From an uncultured Phycisphaerales bacterium (GTDB lineage Bacteria > Planctomycetota > Phycisphaerae > Sedimentisphaerales > Anaerobacaceae), in contig OY970359.1 in the NCBI GenBank assembly GCA_963718665.1, forward strand, positions 480,001 through 544,000: a DNA stretch of 64,000 nucleotides, given 5' to 3'. Both the position numbers and the translations under genes were made by a program. Of this stretch, positions 10,791 through 20,586 are shown one piece after another. The notes under the pieces were generated by a model, which saw nothing but the letters and a program-made list of their open reading frames with translations, was not told where the DNA came from and did no database searches. The stretch's first letter is position 1. Every line of letters begins with the position of its first letter.

Positions 10791-11062
10791 CGTTTACCCC
10801 GTGAGATACTGTTTAACTTTTTACTTTTTATCCCCGCAAGACCTTATCTCACGGGGTTAACCTCGTTTCTAATGTTAATATCATTCTTAAAGCGTTTTAT
10901 GTTATGATTATACGGGGTAAATATCAATACCAAACCGTATCAGCCGACGGTGCGTAAATAAGTTACTAAATCGCCTGTGAAGGATGTAATTGTTTCAAGG
11001 CGCAGTGGTCGATTATATAACAATGATGAAATGATACTTTCAGAAAGGATGATAAGGCAGAA

Positions 11063-11416
11063 ATGAGATTAATGGCTCCTATTTTTATGCTGGTTGGTTC
11101 GAATTTGTTTATGACTTATGCCTGGTATGGACATTTGAAAGACCTTAAGGGCAAGGCGGTTTTCATCGCCATCGTGGCAAGCTGGGCGGTCGCATTTTTC
11201 GAATATTGCCTCCAGGTCCCCGCCAATCGCATCGGCTTTCAATTCTTTTCGCTGGCGCAATTGAAGGTCATTCAGGAAATTATAACTATGACCGTCTTCG
11301 CGGTGTTTTGCGTCGTATATATGAAGCAATCGCTCAAGCTGGATTTCCTCTGGGCCGGTTTATGTCTGCTCGCCGCCGCGTATTTTATGTTCAGGGGCTT
11401 CACGTTGCCGAGCTAA
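11063..11416 (+). CDS. DMT-family membrane protein (DUF486-like)
   Basis: SNLFMTYAWYGHLK, SWAVAFFEYCLQVPANRIG, QLKVIQE. Confidence 0.85.
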   Translation: MRLMAPIFMLVGSNLFMTYAWYGHLKDLKGKAVFIAIVASWAVAFFEYCLQVPANRIGFQFFSLAQLKVIQEIITMTVFAVFCVVYMKQSLKLDFLWAGLCLLAAAYFMFRGFTLPS

Positions 11417-11425
11417 AGGATAGAT

Positions 11426-12100
11426 ATGAAAACCGCTAAAATCAGAATCACAGTTTTACTCCTGCTTGTAATCTGCCTTGTCGCCCTCGGCTACTTCGGG
11501 CGGGGATACCTGTTGAACGAAATAACAATTCACCAGCTGCTCAGCGAAAATAAGCAGCTCAAGGAAGCAATCACAAACCTCACCGCCGAAGAACAGATTG
11601 GCTACGCCAAGGTCATTAAACAGGAAACACAAAACAACAAAGTTATAACCACGCTTCGCTTCGTCGAAACGGCCAGAGACGACAAAACCAAAAAAATTCT
11701 CGAAAAGAACTACACAATCGAAGGCGACGTCGTTCACTTCGACGCCCTGATTGTGAAATTCGGCAACAAAATGGTGCTGGATGGCCGTGAGCGGTCGATG
11801 TACCTGTGGCGAAGAATCTACGGCGAAACTATGGCCCCGCAGGATGGCTTCGCGATTGAGTCGCCCGGCGCTGAGCCCGCAAGATACGCCGATTTAATGA
11901 GCCGGTTATCAATTAAGCAAAGAGAAATGTTCTGGTCGAATATCTGGGATTTGGCTAACAATGTGGAGAAGCTAAAACAGGACGGCATCACGGCTATTTA
12001 CGGTAACACCGTATATTCCAAACTTAGCCCCGGCCTCATCTATGTCTTCAAAATCAGCTCGACGGGCCAGTTGTATCCCGAAGTTGTCCCGGATATGTAA
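11426..12100 (+). CDS. Hypothetical membrane-anchored protein
   Basis: N-terminal TM helix and coiled coil; AAGGA RBS; directly follows the DMT gene. Confidence 0.75.
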   Translation: MKTAKIRITVLLLLVICLVALGYFGRGYLLNEITIHQLLSENKQLKEAITNLTAEEQIGYAKVIKQETQNNKVITTLRFVETARDDKTKKILEKNYTIEGDVVHFDALIVKFGNKMVLDGRERSMYLWRRIYGETMAPQDGFAIESPGAEPARYADLMSRLSIKQREMFWSNIWDLANNVEKLKQDGITAIYGNTVYSKLSPGLIYVFKISSTGQLYPEVVPDM

Positions 12101-12146
12101 CAAAACCCGAAAAAGGGACCAAGCCTCTTTTAAATTCTCGCCAAGC

Positions 12147-12175
12147 TTGACAGTGTTTCCGCCTGCTGGGACAAT
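12147..12175 (+). promoter_or_regulatory. Sigma70-like promoter for priA
   Basis: TTGACA-N17-GACAAT, ending 9 nt before the ATG. Confidence 0.55.
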
Positions 12176-12184
12176 CTCTTCCCT

Positions 12185-14560
12185 ATGAGCAAATATGAGC
12201 AAAACAGCTTATTCGGCGAAGACAAAACCGACAAAGCCCCCGCGGGCCACATTATCCGCGTGGCGTTCGAGTCGGGCGTCGATGCCGAATTCGATTACCT
12301 CGTGCCCGACAAGCTCTGGCCCATCGCTGCAGGCCAGCGAATCGAAACGCCATTCGGAAAATCAAACAAGCTCGAAACCGGCTTCTGCGTGGGTTCGACA
12401 AGCTCGCCACAGGTCGAAATAAATGTAATTCCCGCACAGCCGGCTAAAACCAAAAAATTCAAACTCAAAGCAATATCGGCTGTCGTTGACAAAGAGCCGC
12501 TCGTTGACGCTGGCCTGATGGAGCTGGCTCGCTGGATTAGCGATTATTATGTTTGCCCCCTTGGAATGGTGCTCGGCGCAATCGTCCCCGGGGCCGTCAA
12601 AAAAGGCGCAGGTGAAAGGAAACAAAAATACGTTTACTTAGCCATAGCACCGGAAAAAATTGAAAAAATAGCAGACCAGATAAAAGGCAAAAAGCAAAAA
12701 CGGGTTGTTCAGCAATTACGAAATGTAAACGCCTTTGAAATCGAATCAGCAATGGAACTTGAAGAACTGCTCGAAGCCGTCGGCTGCACCGATGTCCCCG
12801 TCAAAAACCTCGTCGAAAAAAGCATTATCAAAATCGCCCAGCGAACCGTCCTCAAATCTCTGCCCGCTATACCCGAAGGTATGCTCATCAAGCGGGAAAA
12901 AGTCATCCTCAACGATGACCAGCAAAAAGCCCTCGCAAACATCATCAGCAGAATCAACGAAGATAAATTCGGCGTCACGCTTCTCTTCGGCGTTACCGAC
13001 AGCGGCAAAACCGAACTTTACATAAAAGCAATCGAAGAAACACTCAAAAAAGGCAAAACCGCAATCGTAATGCTCCCCGAAATAGCGCTGACCACCCAGA
13101 CAATCCAGCGTTTCAGCGCAAGATTCGACCGCATCGCGGTTATGCACTCAGGCCTCACCGCCCCCCAGCGAAACACCCAATGGCACAAAATAAAATCGGG
13201 CGAGGCCGACGTCGTTATCGGCGCACGCTCCGCCGTCTTCGCCCCGCTGGCCAACCTCGGCCTCATCGTAGTCGATGAAGAGCACGAGCCAAGCTACAAA
13301 CAGGACACCACTCCCCGATACCACGGCAGAGACGTTGCTATAAAACGCGCACAATTATGCAACGCACATTGCCTTTTAGGAAGCGCAACCCCATCGCTCG
13401 AAACCCTGCAAAACTGCAAAACAAAAAAACAGTTCTTCAATATGGTCCGTCTGCCCAAACGCGTGATGAACCTCCCCTTCCCCGAAATGCGGCTCGTCGA
13501 TATGAAGGATTTTGCCTCGCAACTGATGAGCGAGCCGTTGACAAACCAACTCACCGAAACACTCGCCAGAAACGAGCAGGCGATTTTGCTACTCAATCGC
13601 CGCGGCTACAGCAACTTTATCTTTTGCCCATCCTGCAAACACATCCTGCGGTGCCGAAATTGCGACGTAACGCTGACCTTCCATAAAACACCCGATAGAC
13701 AAATTGCGCCAATCCCTACAATCACGGGCCGACACATGCACTCAGGCCTCGCAATCTGCCACTACTGCGGCTCACAAACCCTTGTCCCCGAAAAATGTCC
13801 CCTCTGCCGCAAAGGTATGACTATGATTGGCCTCGGCTCCCAGCGTCTCGAAGAAGACCTCGCCAAACAATTCCCAAACGCCAAAGTCGCCCGTGTCGAT
13901 AGCGACTCAATGAAAGGCGCCGACTACTACCGCGTCCTGCGCGATTTCAGCGAGGGCAAAATTAATATCCTCGCAGGCACGCAAATCCTCGCCAAAGGCC
14001 TGCACTTTCCCAACGTAACCCTCGTCGGCATCATCAGCGCAGACACCTCGCTATATCTCCCCGATTTCCGCGCTAACGAAAGAACGTTTCAATTGATTAG
14101 CCATGTCGCAGGCCGCGCGGGCCGCTCCGCCAAAAAAGGCATCGTCTTCATCCAGACCTTTTTAACCAATCAGCCCGCAATTCAATTCGCCCTCAAAGGC
14201 GATTTTGAGGGTTTCATAAAAGAGGAACTGACTCATCGAAGCGCCTGCAACCTGCCCCCCTTCTGGCGATTGGCCCTTATTACCCTGCGCGACAGGACCT
14301 TTGAAAAACTCGAATTGGCCGCCAAACTTATGCGAGAAAAAATCGACCGCATCGTAGCCGACGAAAAATTACAAATCCGGGTTCGCGGCCCCATACAGGC
14401 GATTATCAGCCGAATCCAGACCTTTCACCGTATGCAGATAATTCTTCAGGCCCCCCAGCCCGCCATTCTGCACCGGCTATTTACCACCCTCCGCAATTCC
14501 CCCTCTATTCGCCCCGCCGTTACAATCACAATAGACATCGACCCCATTGACCTTTTATAG
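12185..14560 (+). CDS. priA: Primosomal protein N' (replication restart helicase)
   Basis: GVTDSGKT, DEEH, SATPS, paired CxxC zinc motifs, AKGLHFP, GRAGR. Confidence 0.96.
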   Translation: MSKYEQNSLFGEDKTDKAPAGHIIRVAFESGVDAEFDYLVPDKLWPIAAGQRIETPFGKSNKLETGFCVGSTSSPQVEINVIPAQPAKTKKFKLKAISAVVDKEPLVDAGLMELARWISDYYVCPLGMVLGAIVPGAVKKGAGERKQKYVYLAIAPEKIEKIADQIKGKKQKRVVQQLRNVNAFEIESAMELEELLEAVGCTDVPVKNLVEKSIIKIAQRTVLKSLPAIPEGMLIKREKVILNDDQQKALANIISRINEDKFGVTLLFGVTDSGKTELYIKAIEETLKKGKTAIVMLPEIALTTQTIQRFSARFDRIAVMHSGLTAPQRNTQWHKIKSGEADVVIGARSAVFAPLANLGLIVVDEEHEPSYKQDTTPRYHGRDVAIKRAQLCNAHCLLGSATPSLETLQNCKTKKQFFNMVRLPKRVMNLPFPEMRLVDMKDFASQLMSEPLTNQLTETLARNEQAILLLNRRGYSNFIFCPSCKHILRCRNCDVTLTFHKTPDRQIAPIPTITGRHMHSGLAICHYCGSQTLVPEKCPLCRKGMTMIGLGSQRLEEDLAKQFPNAKVARVDSDSMKGADYYRVLRDFSEGKINILAGTQILAKGLHFPNVTLVGIISADTSLYLPDFRANERTFQLISHVAGRAGRSAKKGIVFIQTFLTNQPAIQFALKGDFEGFIKEELTHRSACNLPPFWRLALITLRDRTFEKLELAAKLMREKIDRIVADEKLQIRVRGPIQAIISRIQTFHRMQIILQAPQPAILHRLFTTLRNSPSIRPAVTITIDIDPIDLL

Positions 14561-14602
14561 GTTGCAATTCCGCGGCTGATATGTTAATTTTATCCTAAGT
14601 TG

Positions 14603-14678
14603 TTAGACGCAGATTAACGCAGATTTACACTGTTTGAAATTTATTTCTCTGTGCCCTCTGTGTTCTCTGTGGCTAAAC
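14603..14678. repeat. Composite 9-mer repeat element abutting tRNA-Pro
   Basis: ttagacgcagattaacgcagatttacactgttt...tctctgtgccctctgtgttctctgtggctaaa. Confidence 0.8.
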
Positions 14679-14679
14679 C

Positions 14680-14754
14680 CGGGGTGTAGCTCAGTTTGGC
14701 TAGAGCGCTTGGTTCGGGACCAAGAGGTCGCTGGTTCAAGTCCAGTCACCCCGA
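14680..14754 (+). tRNA. tRNA-Pro (anticodon CGG), CCA not encoded
   Basis: CGGGGTG/CACCCCG acceptor stem, CTTGG-TTCGGGA-CCAAG anticodon arm, GGTTCAAGTCC T-arm. Confidence 0.95.
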
Positions 14755-14845
14755 TTTTTACTCCCATATTTTGTATTGGAAATTTATCTGTCTGCCTGCT
14801 AACTTCTCCCTTGCGTCTTAACTATCCGCCGCCCGCTAATTCTTA

Positions 14846-14946
14846 AATCCGCAATCCGCGATTGTTTGTGAATTTTTTGATTTGGCAATTGTGATTTGTT
14901 TAGGATTTTTTGATCTGTACGCTGAACGCTGAACGCTGTCCGCTGT
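14846..14946. repeat. Degenerate heptamer arrays (AATCCGC, GATTTGT-like, CGCTGAA)
   Basis: aatccgcaatccgc; gatttg/gattgt units; acgctgaacgctgaacgctgtccgctg. Confidence 0.6.
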
Positions 14947-15921
14947 TTAAAACCGATACATCACATTTATCGCACCGTACGAGTCCGTGCTGGCCTGCTC
15001 TTTATATTCCCTCGTCAGGAACGTCTGTGAATAGCTCATCTCGAACGATTTGTATCTGTAAACCGCCCCAATCTGGAGCTGCCCAACCGCCGGCTCCGTC
15101 GTAAGTCCGGTCAAAAACCGGTTATACTCAACCAGCTTGCCGCCAATCCGCGTAAAAATATACGCCGATTGAACCTCTGCAGGTTTATCAATGCACGCCG
15201 ACGCCGGCGCCTCAAGTCGCCCCGGCCCAAAATCATTCGGCAGATTTATCCCATATCTGAAAACTATCCCCAGGTCCGCGTTGCGGTGCAGCGTTCCAAC
15301 CGTCGCCCCGTATTCCAGGTGCGCATCAAAATTCTCTGTCCGCTTGAAATACTGCTCATCGACCCTCTGCCTTCTCAGCCACGTCAAGTCCGTCTCGAAC
15401 TCATTGCCTAATTGATTATTCCATCCCTCCGGCTCCGGCACCCCCATAAAGTGGTGCACGAAATCTTGAACCTGCCCCCCGCTCGCCACAGGCCCTATCA
15501 TTCCTATGTTCAGCTCTAAATGTTCCATCTGGTTTTCAGAGGCCCGCTGCGCAAATATTCCCCCATACAACCACCCCGCGAATACCATGTCGTGTTTGGC
15601 CCTTTTCTCAGGTTCGCTAACGTGGTCGGGCGTGTACATATTCTGACCGAAAAAATATCCCAGGGCGGTATTTACTTCCCCGTCGTTTTTCCCAAAACCA
15701 TTCCACCGCGAATAATCTTTCAGAAAATTGACGTCCGGCTGATGCGTGAAAGCAATTTCTGTCCCGTTGGTATAGTGCCGGTCTGTGCTATATAATGGCT
15801 TGATATACCCACCGTCGTTTTCCATATACAGCGTTAGAGTTTCCTCTCCTAATACGATGCCCATCATCGCAACGCAGATAATCCCCGCAAGGATTGCTAT
15901 GTTAACCCTGTGTTTTTTCAC
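14947..15921 (-). CDS. Lipid A 3'-O-deacylase LpxR-family (DUF2219) outer-membrane protein
   Basis: Signal peptide, END...DRHYTNG, GQNMYTP, FAGWLY, GWNNQL, C-terminal F. Confidence 0.82.
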   Translation of the reverse strand: MKKHRVNIAILAGIICVAMMGIVLGEETLTLYMENDGGYIKPLYSTDRHYTNGTEIAFTHQPDVNFLKDYSRWNGFGKNDGEVNTALGYFFGQNMYTPDHVSEPEKRAKHDMVFAGWLYGGIFAQRASENQMEHLELNIGMIGPVASGGQVQDFVHHFMGVPEPEGWNNQLGNEFETDLTWLRRQRVDEQYFKRTENFDAHLEYGATVGTLHRNADLGIVFRYGINLPNDFGPGRLEAPASACIDKPAEVQSAYIFTRIGGKLVEYNRFLTGLTTEPAVGQLQIGAVYRYKSFEMSYSQTFLTREYKEQASTDSYGAINVMYRF

Positions 15922-15990
15922 CTGCTTTTTAATAAAAATTAACCCCTAAACGTCACACTTCGGGCAAGGTCTTTTCATTGTTTATATATC

Positions 15991-16140
15991 GCCCATTTTG
16001 CCGTCAAATATTAGATCTCGCCGTCTCATTTTCCGCCCATTCTATAAAAATATCGAATCCTGTCCACCTCTCTTTTCCCGTCCATTCTATAAAAATATCG
16101 AATCCCGTTTACCTCCCTTTTCCCGCCCATTCCGCCAAAA
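15991..16140. repeat. 45-bp tandem repeat (about 2.5 good copies plus one degenerate) next to tRNA-Val
   Basis: CCATT recurs at 16037, 16082 and 16127; CCATTCTATAAAAATATCGAATCC is identical in two units. Confidence 0.85.
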
Positions 16141-16213
16141 AATCTGTTAAAGCATTACTGTGTGTTGCGGATAAGGATTCCTGCCCGAAAGGGAAAATAA
16201 CTGATATGAACAA

Positions 16214-16287
16214 TGGGCGGTACAGGATTCGAACCTGTGACCTCGTGCGTGTCGAGCACGCGCTCTAACCAACTGAGCTAACCGCCC
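16214..16287 (-). tRNA. tRNA-Val (anticodon GAC), CCA not encoded
   Basis: Minus strand reads GGGCGGT...CGTGC-TCGACAC-GCACG...GGTTCGAATCC-TGT-ACCGCCCA. Confidence 0.92.
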
Positions 16288-16615
16288 GGGATACAAAATT
16301 CCGGCCGGAGCATATTAACGGAAATTGGCGGGGAGTCAACCTTTTTATCGTTAGCGAAAACGGGCGGATAGTCAGTGTTGGGCAATAAATGGACGGATTG
16401 GATTTAATTTACTTGGCAGAATGGGCGGGAAAGAGGAGATTCCCAGTCAATCTTTTTAATGGTATCTTAAACGGTCAGAAGGTTAAATTTTTTGGCTGGA
16501 GGAAGTTGCCGAAGCGGGCCCTTCGCTCCGCTACGTGTCGGATTTCAATCCTTCGACGCACTACGTTTGCTCCCCGGCCTACGGATTGCCGGGGCAGGCA
16601 GGACAACGCAGAGCA

Positions 16616-17629
16616 TCAATTTCTGGTTTCAGATTTAAGCTGGCGGGTCATCAGGTCGGTAATGGCGGATTGGACGGATTTGTTCTTAAAGATGATATCA
16701 TAAACGGCCTGCGTAATAGGCATCTCGACTTTGTATTGCTGCAACAGGCCCTCGACAACGGATTGGCAGGTGGCGATACCCTCGATAACGGATTCGGTGG
16801 CGGATTGGGCAAGCTGGGGGGATTGGCCTTTACCGATTCTTTCGCCGAATGAACGGTTCCTGCCCTTTGGGGAAATGCAGGTTGTAACCAAATCGCCGAG
16901 GCCTGTGAGGCCCGCGAAGGTGTGGGGATTAGCGCCCATAGCGACACCAAGGCGAGATATTTCGGCGAGGCCCCTGCAAAGGAGAGCGGCCTTTGCGTTG
17001 TCGCCCGCGCCGATACCATCAATCATTCCGGCGGCGATGGCGATGATATTTTTCATTGCGCCGGCCAACTCGACGCCGACGACATCGGTATTGGTATAAA
17101 TGCGGAACCAGGAGATGCTGAGGGTGAGCTGGATTCGCTGGGCGAGCTGGTCGGAGGCGGAGGCGACGCAGGCGGTGGCGGGTAATCTCACGGCAAGCTC
17201 ATCGGCGATTGTGGGGCCTGATAATGCGGCTAAGCCGGATGAGGCGTCGGAGCCGAGGACGTCGGCGATGATTTGGGTTGGGCGAAGCAGGGTTTTATTT
17301 TCGATACCCTTTGCGACGGAGCAAATGGGGACGCCTTTGGGGGTGTGTTTTTTCAGGCGAGTCCAGATACTTCGCATAAACTGGCAAGGCACGGCGGAGA
17401 TAATCAGGTCAGCATCAACAATAATTTTTTTGTCGTCGGGTTCGAAAATAATCGTTTCGGGGAGTTTGTGGCCGGGGAGGAATTTTACATTTTCTCGGCT
17501 ATGAGCTATCTGCCGGAGCTGTTGGGCATCGTAACCCCAGAGACGGACGGGGATTTGTTTCTCCGCAAGGAGCATCGCCAGGACGGTTCCCATACCGCCA
17601 TCGCCGATTATTGATATGTTTTTAAACAT
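16616..17629 (-). CDS. gpsA: NAD(P)H-dependent glycerol-3-phosphate dehydrogenase
   Basis: IIGDGGMG, AKGIE, SGPTIA, GAMKNIIAIAAG, GDLVTTC...RN. Start moved to MFKNIS because the longer ORF runs through repeats. Confidence 0.94.
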   Translation of the reverse strand: MFKNISIIGDGGMGTVLAMLLAEKQIPVRLWGYDAQQLRQIAHSRENVKFLPGHKLPETIIFEPDDKKIIVDADLIISAVPCQFMRSIWTRLKKHTPKGVPICSVAKGIENKTLLRPTQIIADVLGSDASSGLAALSGPTIADELAVRLPATACVASASDQLAQRIQLTLSISWFRIYTNTDVVGVELAGAMKNIIAIAAGMIDGIGAGDNAKAALLCRGLAEISRLGVAMGANPHTFAGLTGLGDLVTTCISPKGRNRSFGERIGKGQSPQLAQSATESVIEGIATCQSVVEGLLQQYKVEMPITQAVYDIIFKNKSVQSAITDLMTRQLKSETRN

Positions 17630-17642
17630 CGTATTAGCCACG

Positions 17643-17990
17643 GAGATATTATAGCCACAGAGAGCACAGAGGACACAGAGAATTTTTGAACCACCCCCGC
17701 CGTTTTGCTTCCGACTTCGCTGGACAGGTCGCAAAACGAGACGCGGGGGCAGGCAGATTACACTGATTATGCGGATTTTTCAACAGAGAAGAATTTTAGA
17801 CGCTAATTTCGCAGAGAACGCTGTTTTTTTTATTTGCCACAGATTTCACCCCCGCAGTTTTGCTTCCGACTTCGCTGGACAGGTCGCAAAACGAGACACG
17901 GGGGCTACCCCCACAACTTTTCCCTACGGGAAAAACGACGTGGGGGTCTGCGCTACGCTCCGACGCAAGGCTTCGCAGATTTACACGGAT
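17643..17990. repeat. Cluster of palindromic and 9-mer repeats
   Basis: Two near-identical ~57-bp hairpins (17694-17750, 17849-17905), a third hairpin at 17908-17946, and CACAGAG and CAGATTTACACGG arrays. Confidence 0.85.
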
Positions 17991-18086
17991 TTGTCGGTGC
18001 TGGCCGAAACAATTTCTGATTTATGATTGCTGATTTCAGAAGAAATAAGTATGGTGTCCCCTGATATCGAGAAAGATTTAACTTCG

Positions 18087-19808
18087 CTAAAACATAGACT
18101 TTAGCTTTGCTTCTAGAACTTCTGAATTTATCGGCTCATCATATCGCCATTCAACTAAAGTTACTCCCTCTGTGCAGCATTTTAGTTTTTTCTTTTGATC
18201 TCGCTTTTGGGTATGCTTAAAAGCTTCTTCTCCACCAAAAAAGTCGACCGGTTCATAGTGTTGTTTCCCTTGATATTCAAAAGCGAGTTTTTTCGATGGC
18301 ACGAAAACATCTAAATGTAGCGGCTTGAGCCATTCAGGGATTGCATGATGCTCGGCTTCGGGAAAAATTGTTTTTACTAAATTATAAAGTTGCATTTCTG
18401 AAACCCAACCCTCGCCAATTCTTGGAAGATTATGATTTCCACGCAGTAAGTTTTCTGCTTCCCTCTGTATTTCTTCGACGAGTTCTATAAAAATATTTTC
18501 GCGTTCTTCAGCTCCATCAATGCAGAAATTATTCCCGCTCATGTTGTTTCTTATTAAATCTGTTTCATAAAATATTTTCCCGTTGATTTTGTGGCTACGA
18601 CCGGTATATCGTATTCCTTTAGTCCCATAGTCAGATTTTTTAATTTCAGCCATAGATTTTACGGTAGTAAAGTCTGGCTCTTTCTTGCCCCATCGCCATA
18701 GGTTGTGTTCATATGCTTCTATCCCATTAAGATGAAGGCCTTTGTCTAAAATGAATCTTTGATAGTATGCAGGAGAATATGTTGTCCAAAGCCCCTTGTA
18801 TTCCTTGTCCTCGGGAGCTTCGATGATTCTGCAATACTGAACTTGGTCTGGATACCTATCGAATAGTCTGCCTTCAGGGGTTTTATCGTATTGGGACGAA
18901 AATGAATCAATAGTAACTGGAGTACTATCTCTCTGATATTTGCCATTCCACAAATAGACACCTTGGTGCCAGTCATGTTTTCTTTGTTCGATTAACTCTT
19001 CCATAGTTGGAGTGTTATCAACGAGAATATCAAGTGGCAACTTAAGTCCTGCTTCTCGATATTGTTCAAGTGCTTTATCGATACATTAACAATATTCCGA
19101 TAAATTAGAATTGACCAATTCATTCCGCGATGATTCGCTTCTGAAGTATAAGAGGTCCCTTCCTGTCAGGGGGATTTTAGCAAGACGTTTAAGATAGATT
19201 AGTTCATTGTTAAGTTCGCCATAAAATCTATCGCCAAGCGTATTATAATATTTATTCACCGCATCCTCATATTTTCCATTGGAAATTAGTTTACGAATTT
19301 TCTGGTATTCAGGAAGAAGCTCTTTGGGTCTTTTGGTAGCTTCTATTTGCCTCATAGTTGTATAATTAAACGAGTCAAGGTATCCTTCATTTCTAAGTTT
19401 TTCGTTCACTTTTGTCATATCCTGTTGGTATGTTTTCCAGTATTTATTATCTAAATAGTTTGCAAGCTCCTCTGAAGTTTTATCGGTTTCTATTTGTAGT
19501 CGCTCCGATGCTTTCCGGATGCGATCTTTCTTTGCATTGGAGTTATATGAATACTCGTAGCCTTCGCAGAGATATAAAATAAGCGAAAGAACCTCAGCCC
19601 CATATATCTTAGGATACGGCAAACCTCCAGCAATTTTATAAAAAGATGCCATCAAATCAATTTGTTCATTTGTAAAGGTGACGATATGCCATACATCCTC
19701 TCCCTCACCCCTAATTTCATGTTTATTAGCTAGCTTGGCAAGTTCAACTGCTTGCGGATATCGTTTACTTTTAGAAAAACCAAAGTGTATTTTATACAAA
19801 TCAGACAT
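18087..19808 (-). pseudogene. AT-rich ~573-codon ORF with a C-terminal PD-(D/E)xK/Vsr-like nuclease domain, interrupted by one in-frame TAA at 19086-19088
   Basis: ORFs 19086-19808 and 18087-19040 share a frame and the 15 codons between them are open. C-terminus reads LHLDVFVP-KKLAFEYQGKQHY...RD..KK. Confidence 0.65.
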
Positions 19809-19845
19809 TATGACTCAATCATATAAGATAGGGAGCGGTCTATCT

Positions 19846-20586
19846 TTATTCCCTTTTATCAACCTCGTCTCTCGTTTGTATTTTCCTTCCACCTTTGCGT
19901 TTAGAATGATTTATAATGTATTCATGCCGATACAACATATAGTTTATTCGATAAAACCGCGTGAAGACCTCAGATATATTGTTCAGCAAGTCTTCTATTT
20001 TGATATTAAGCGGCCATGACACTTGAATAGAACCGAAATCTTCATAAATGTCTTCCGCATCAATATCGTTTTCATTTTGTTGTATTGCAAATAATATGCT
20101 GTGTCGGGCTAATCTAAAAATATTACTACTTACCTTTTTTTTGGCTTGCAAAGCAAGACATGAAGGGAAATCAGGTATGGAGTTTTCTTCGAAAACAAAT
20201 TTTCCGTATTCGTTAAGTTCCAGAACATGTCTCCAAAATTCGTCAGGCATACGACTAATATGTTGCGGAAAGAGAAAAGCCGTTTCGATATTAAACTCAA
20301 TGTTCTGCCAATTATAAAAACGAAAACTATGTTGGAGCTTATTTGAGTGGATCTCTAAAATATCTCCACTACGGAATAACTCCCAGTTATCGCTGGGGGT
20401 TGTTCTACAGGCAATCTCGGTAAGAATATCAGCTATAGTATCAAGGTATGCCTTAAAAAGATCTGTATTGTTTACAGAGTTATCTTCTTGCTGAAAAGAT
20501 CTGAAATACTGGTCTATATTAGCCGCCCATTTAATAAGTTTGTTTGCGGAAAATTCCATATAATAGCAACCTCTGTAATTCCTCAA
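19846..20586 (-). CDS. Hypothetical protein (AT-rich)
   Basis: Long ORF in the AT-rich cassette. The true start is probably the ATG of MEFSAN, which follows a GAGG. Confidence 0.65.
   Translation of the reverse strand: MRNYRGCYYMEFSANKLIKWAANIDQYFRSFQQEDNSVNNTDLFKAYLDTIADILTEIACRTTPSDNWELFRSGDILEIHSNKLQHSFRFYNWQNIEFNIETAFLFPQHISRMPDEFWRHVLELNEYGKFVFEENSIPDFPSCLALQAKKKVSSNIFRLARHSILFAIQQNENDIDAEDIYEDFGSIQVSWPLNIKIEDLLNNISEVFTRFYRINYMLYRHEYIINHSKRKGGRKIQTRDEVDKRE

Noticed and set aside
15991..16140. CRISPR array
   Set aside because: The units are tandem 45-mers with similar rather than unique spacers, there are only about 3 copies, and no cas genes are present.
17630..17734. N-terminal extensions of gpsA (and likewise the HNH gene, yidC, cca, rluA, hom) in the ORF track
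   Set aside because: They translate repeats or intergenic DNA; family homology begins at downstream ATGs.
17694..17905. Two-repeat mini-CRISPR
   Set aside because: The repeats are about 57 bp with a ~98-bp spacer that is itself made of 9-mer repeats; this fits a dispersed hairpin family.
18087..20586. Integron cassette array
   Set aside because: There are no attC-like RYYYAAC...GTTRRRY inverted structures between the ORFs, and the gap is only 37 bp.
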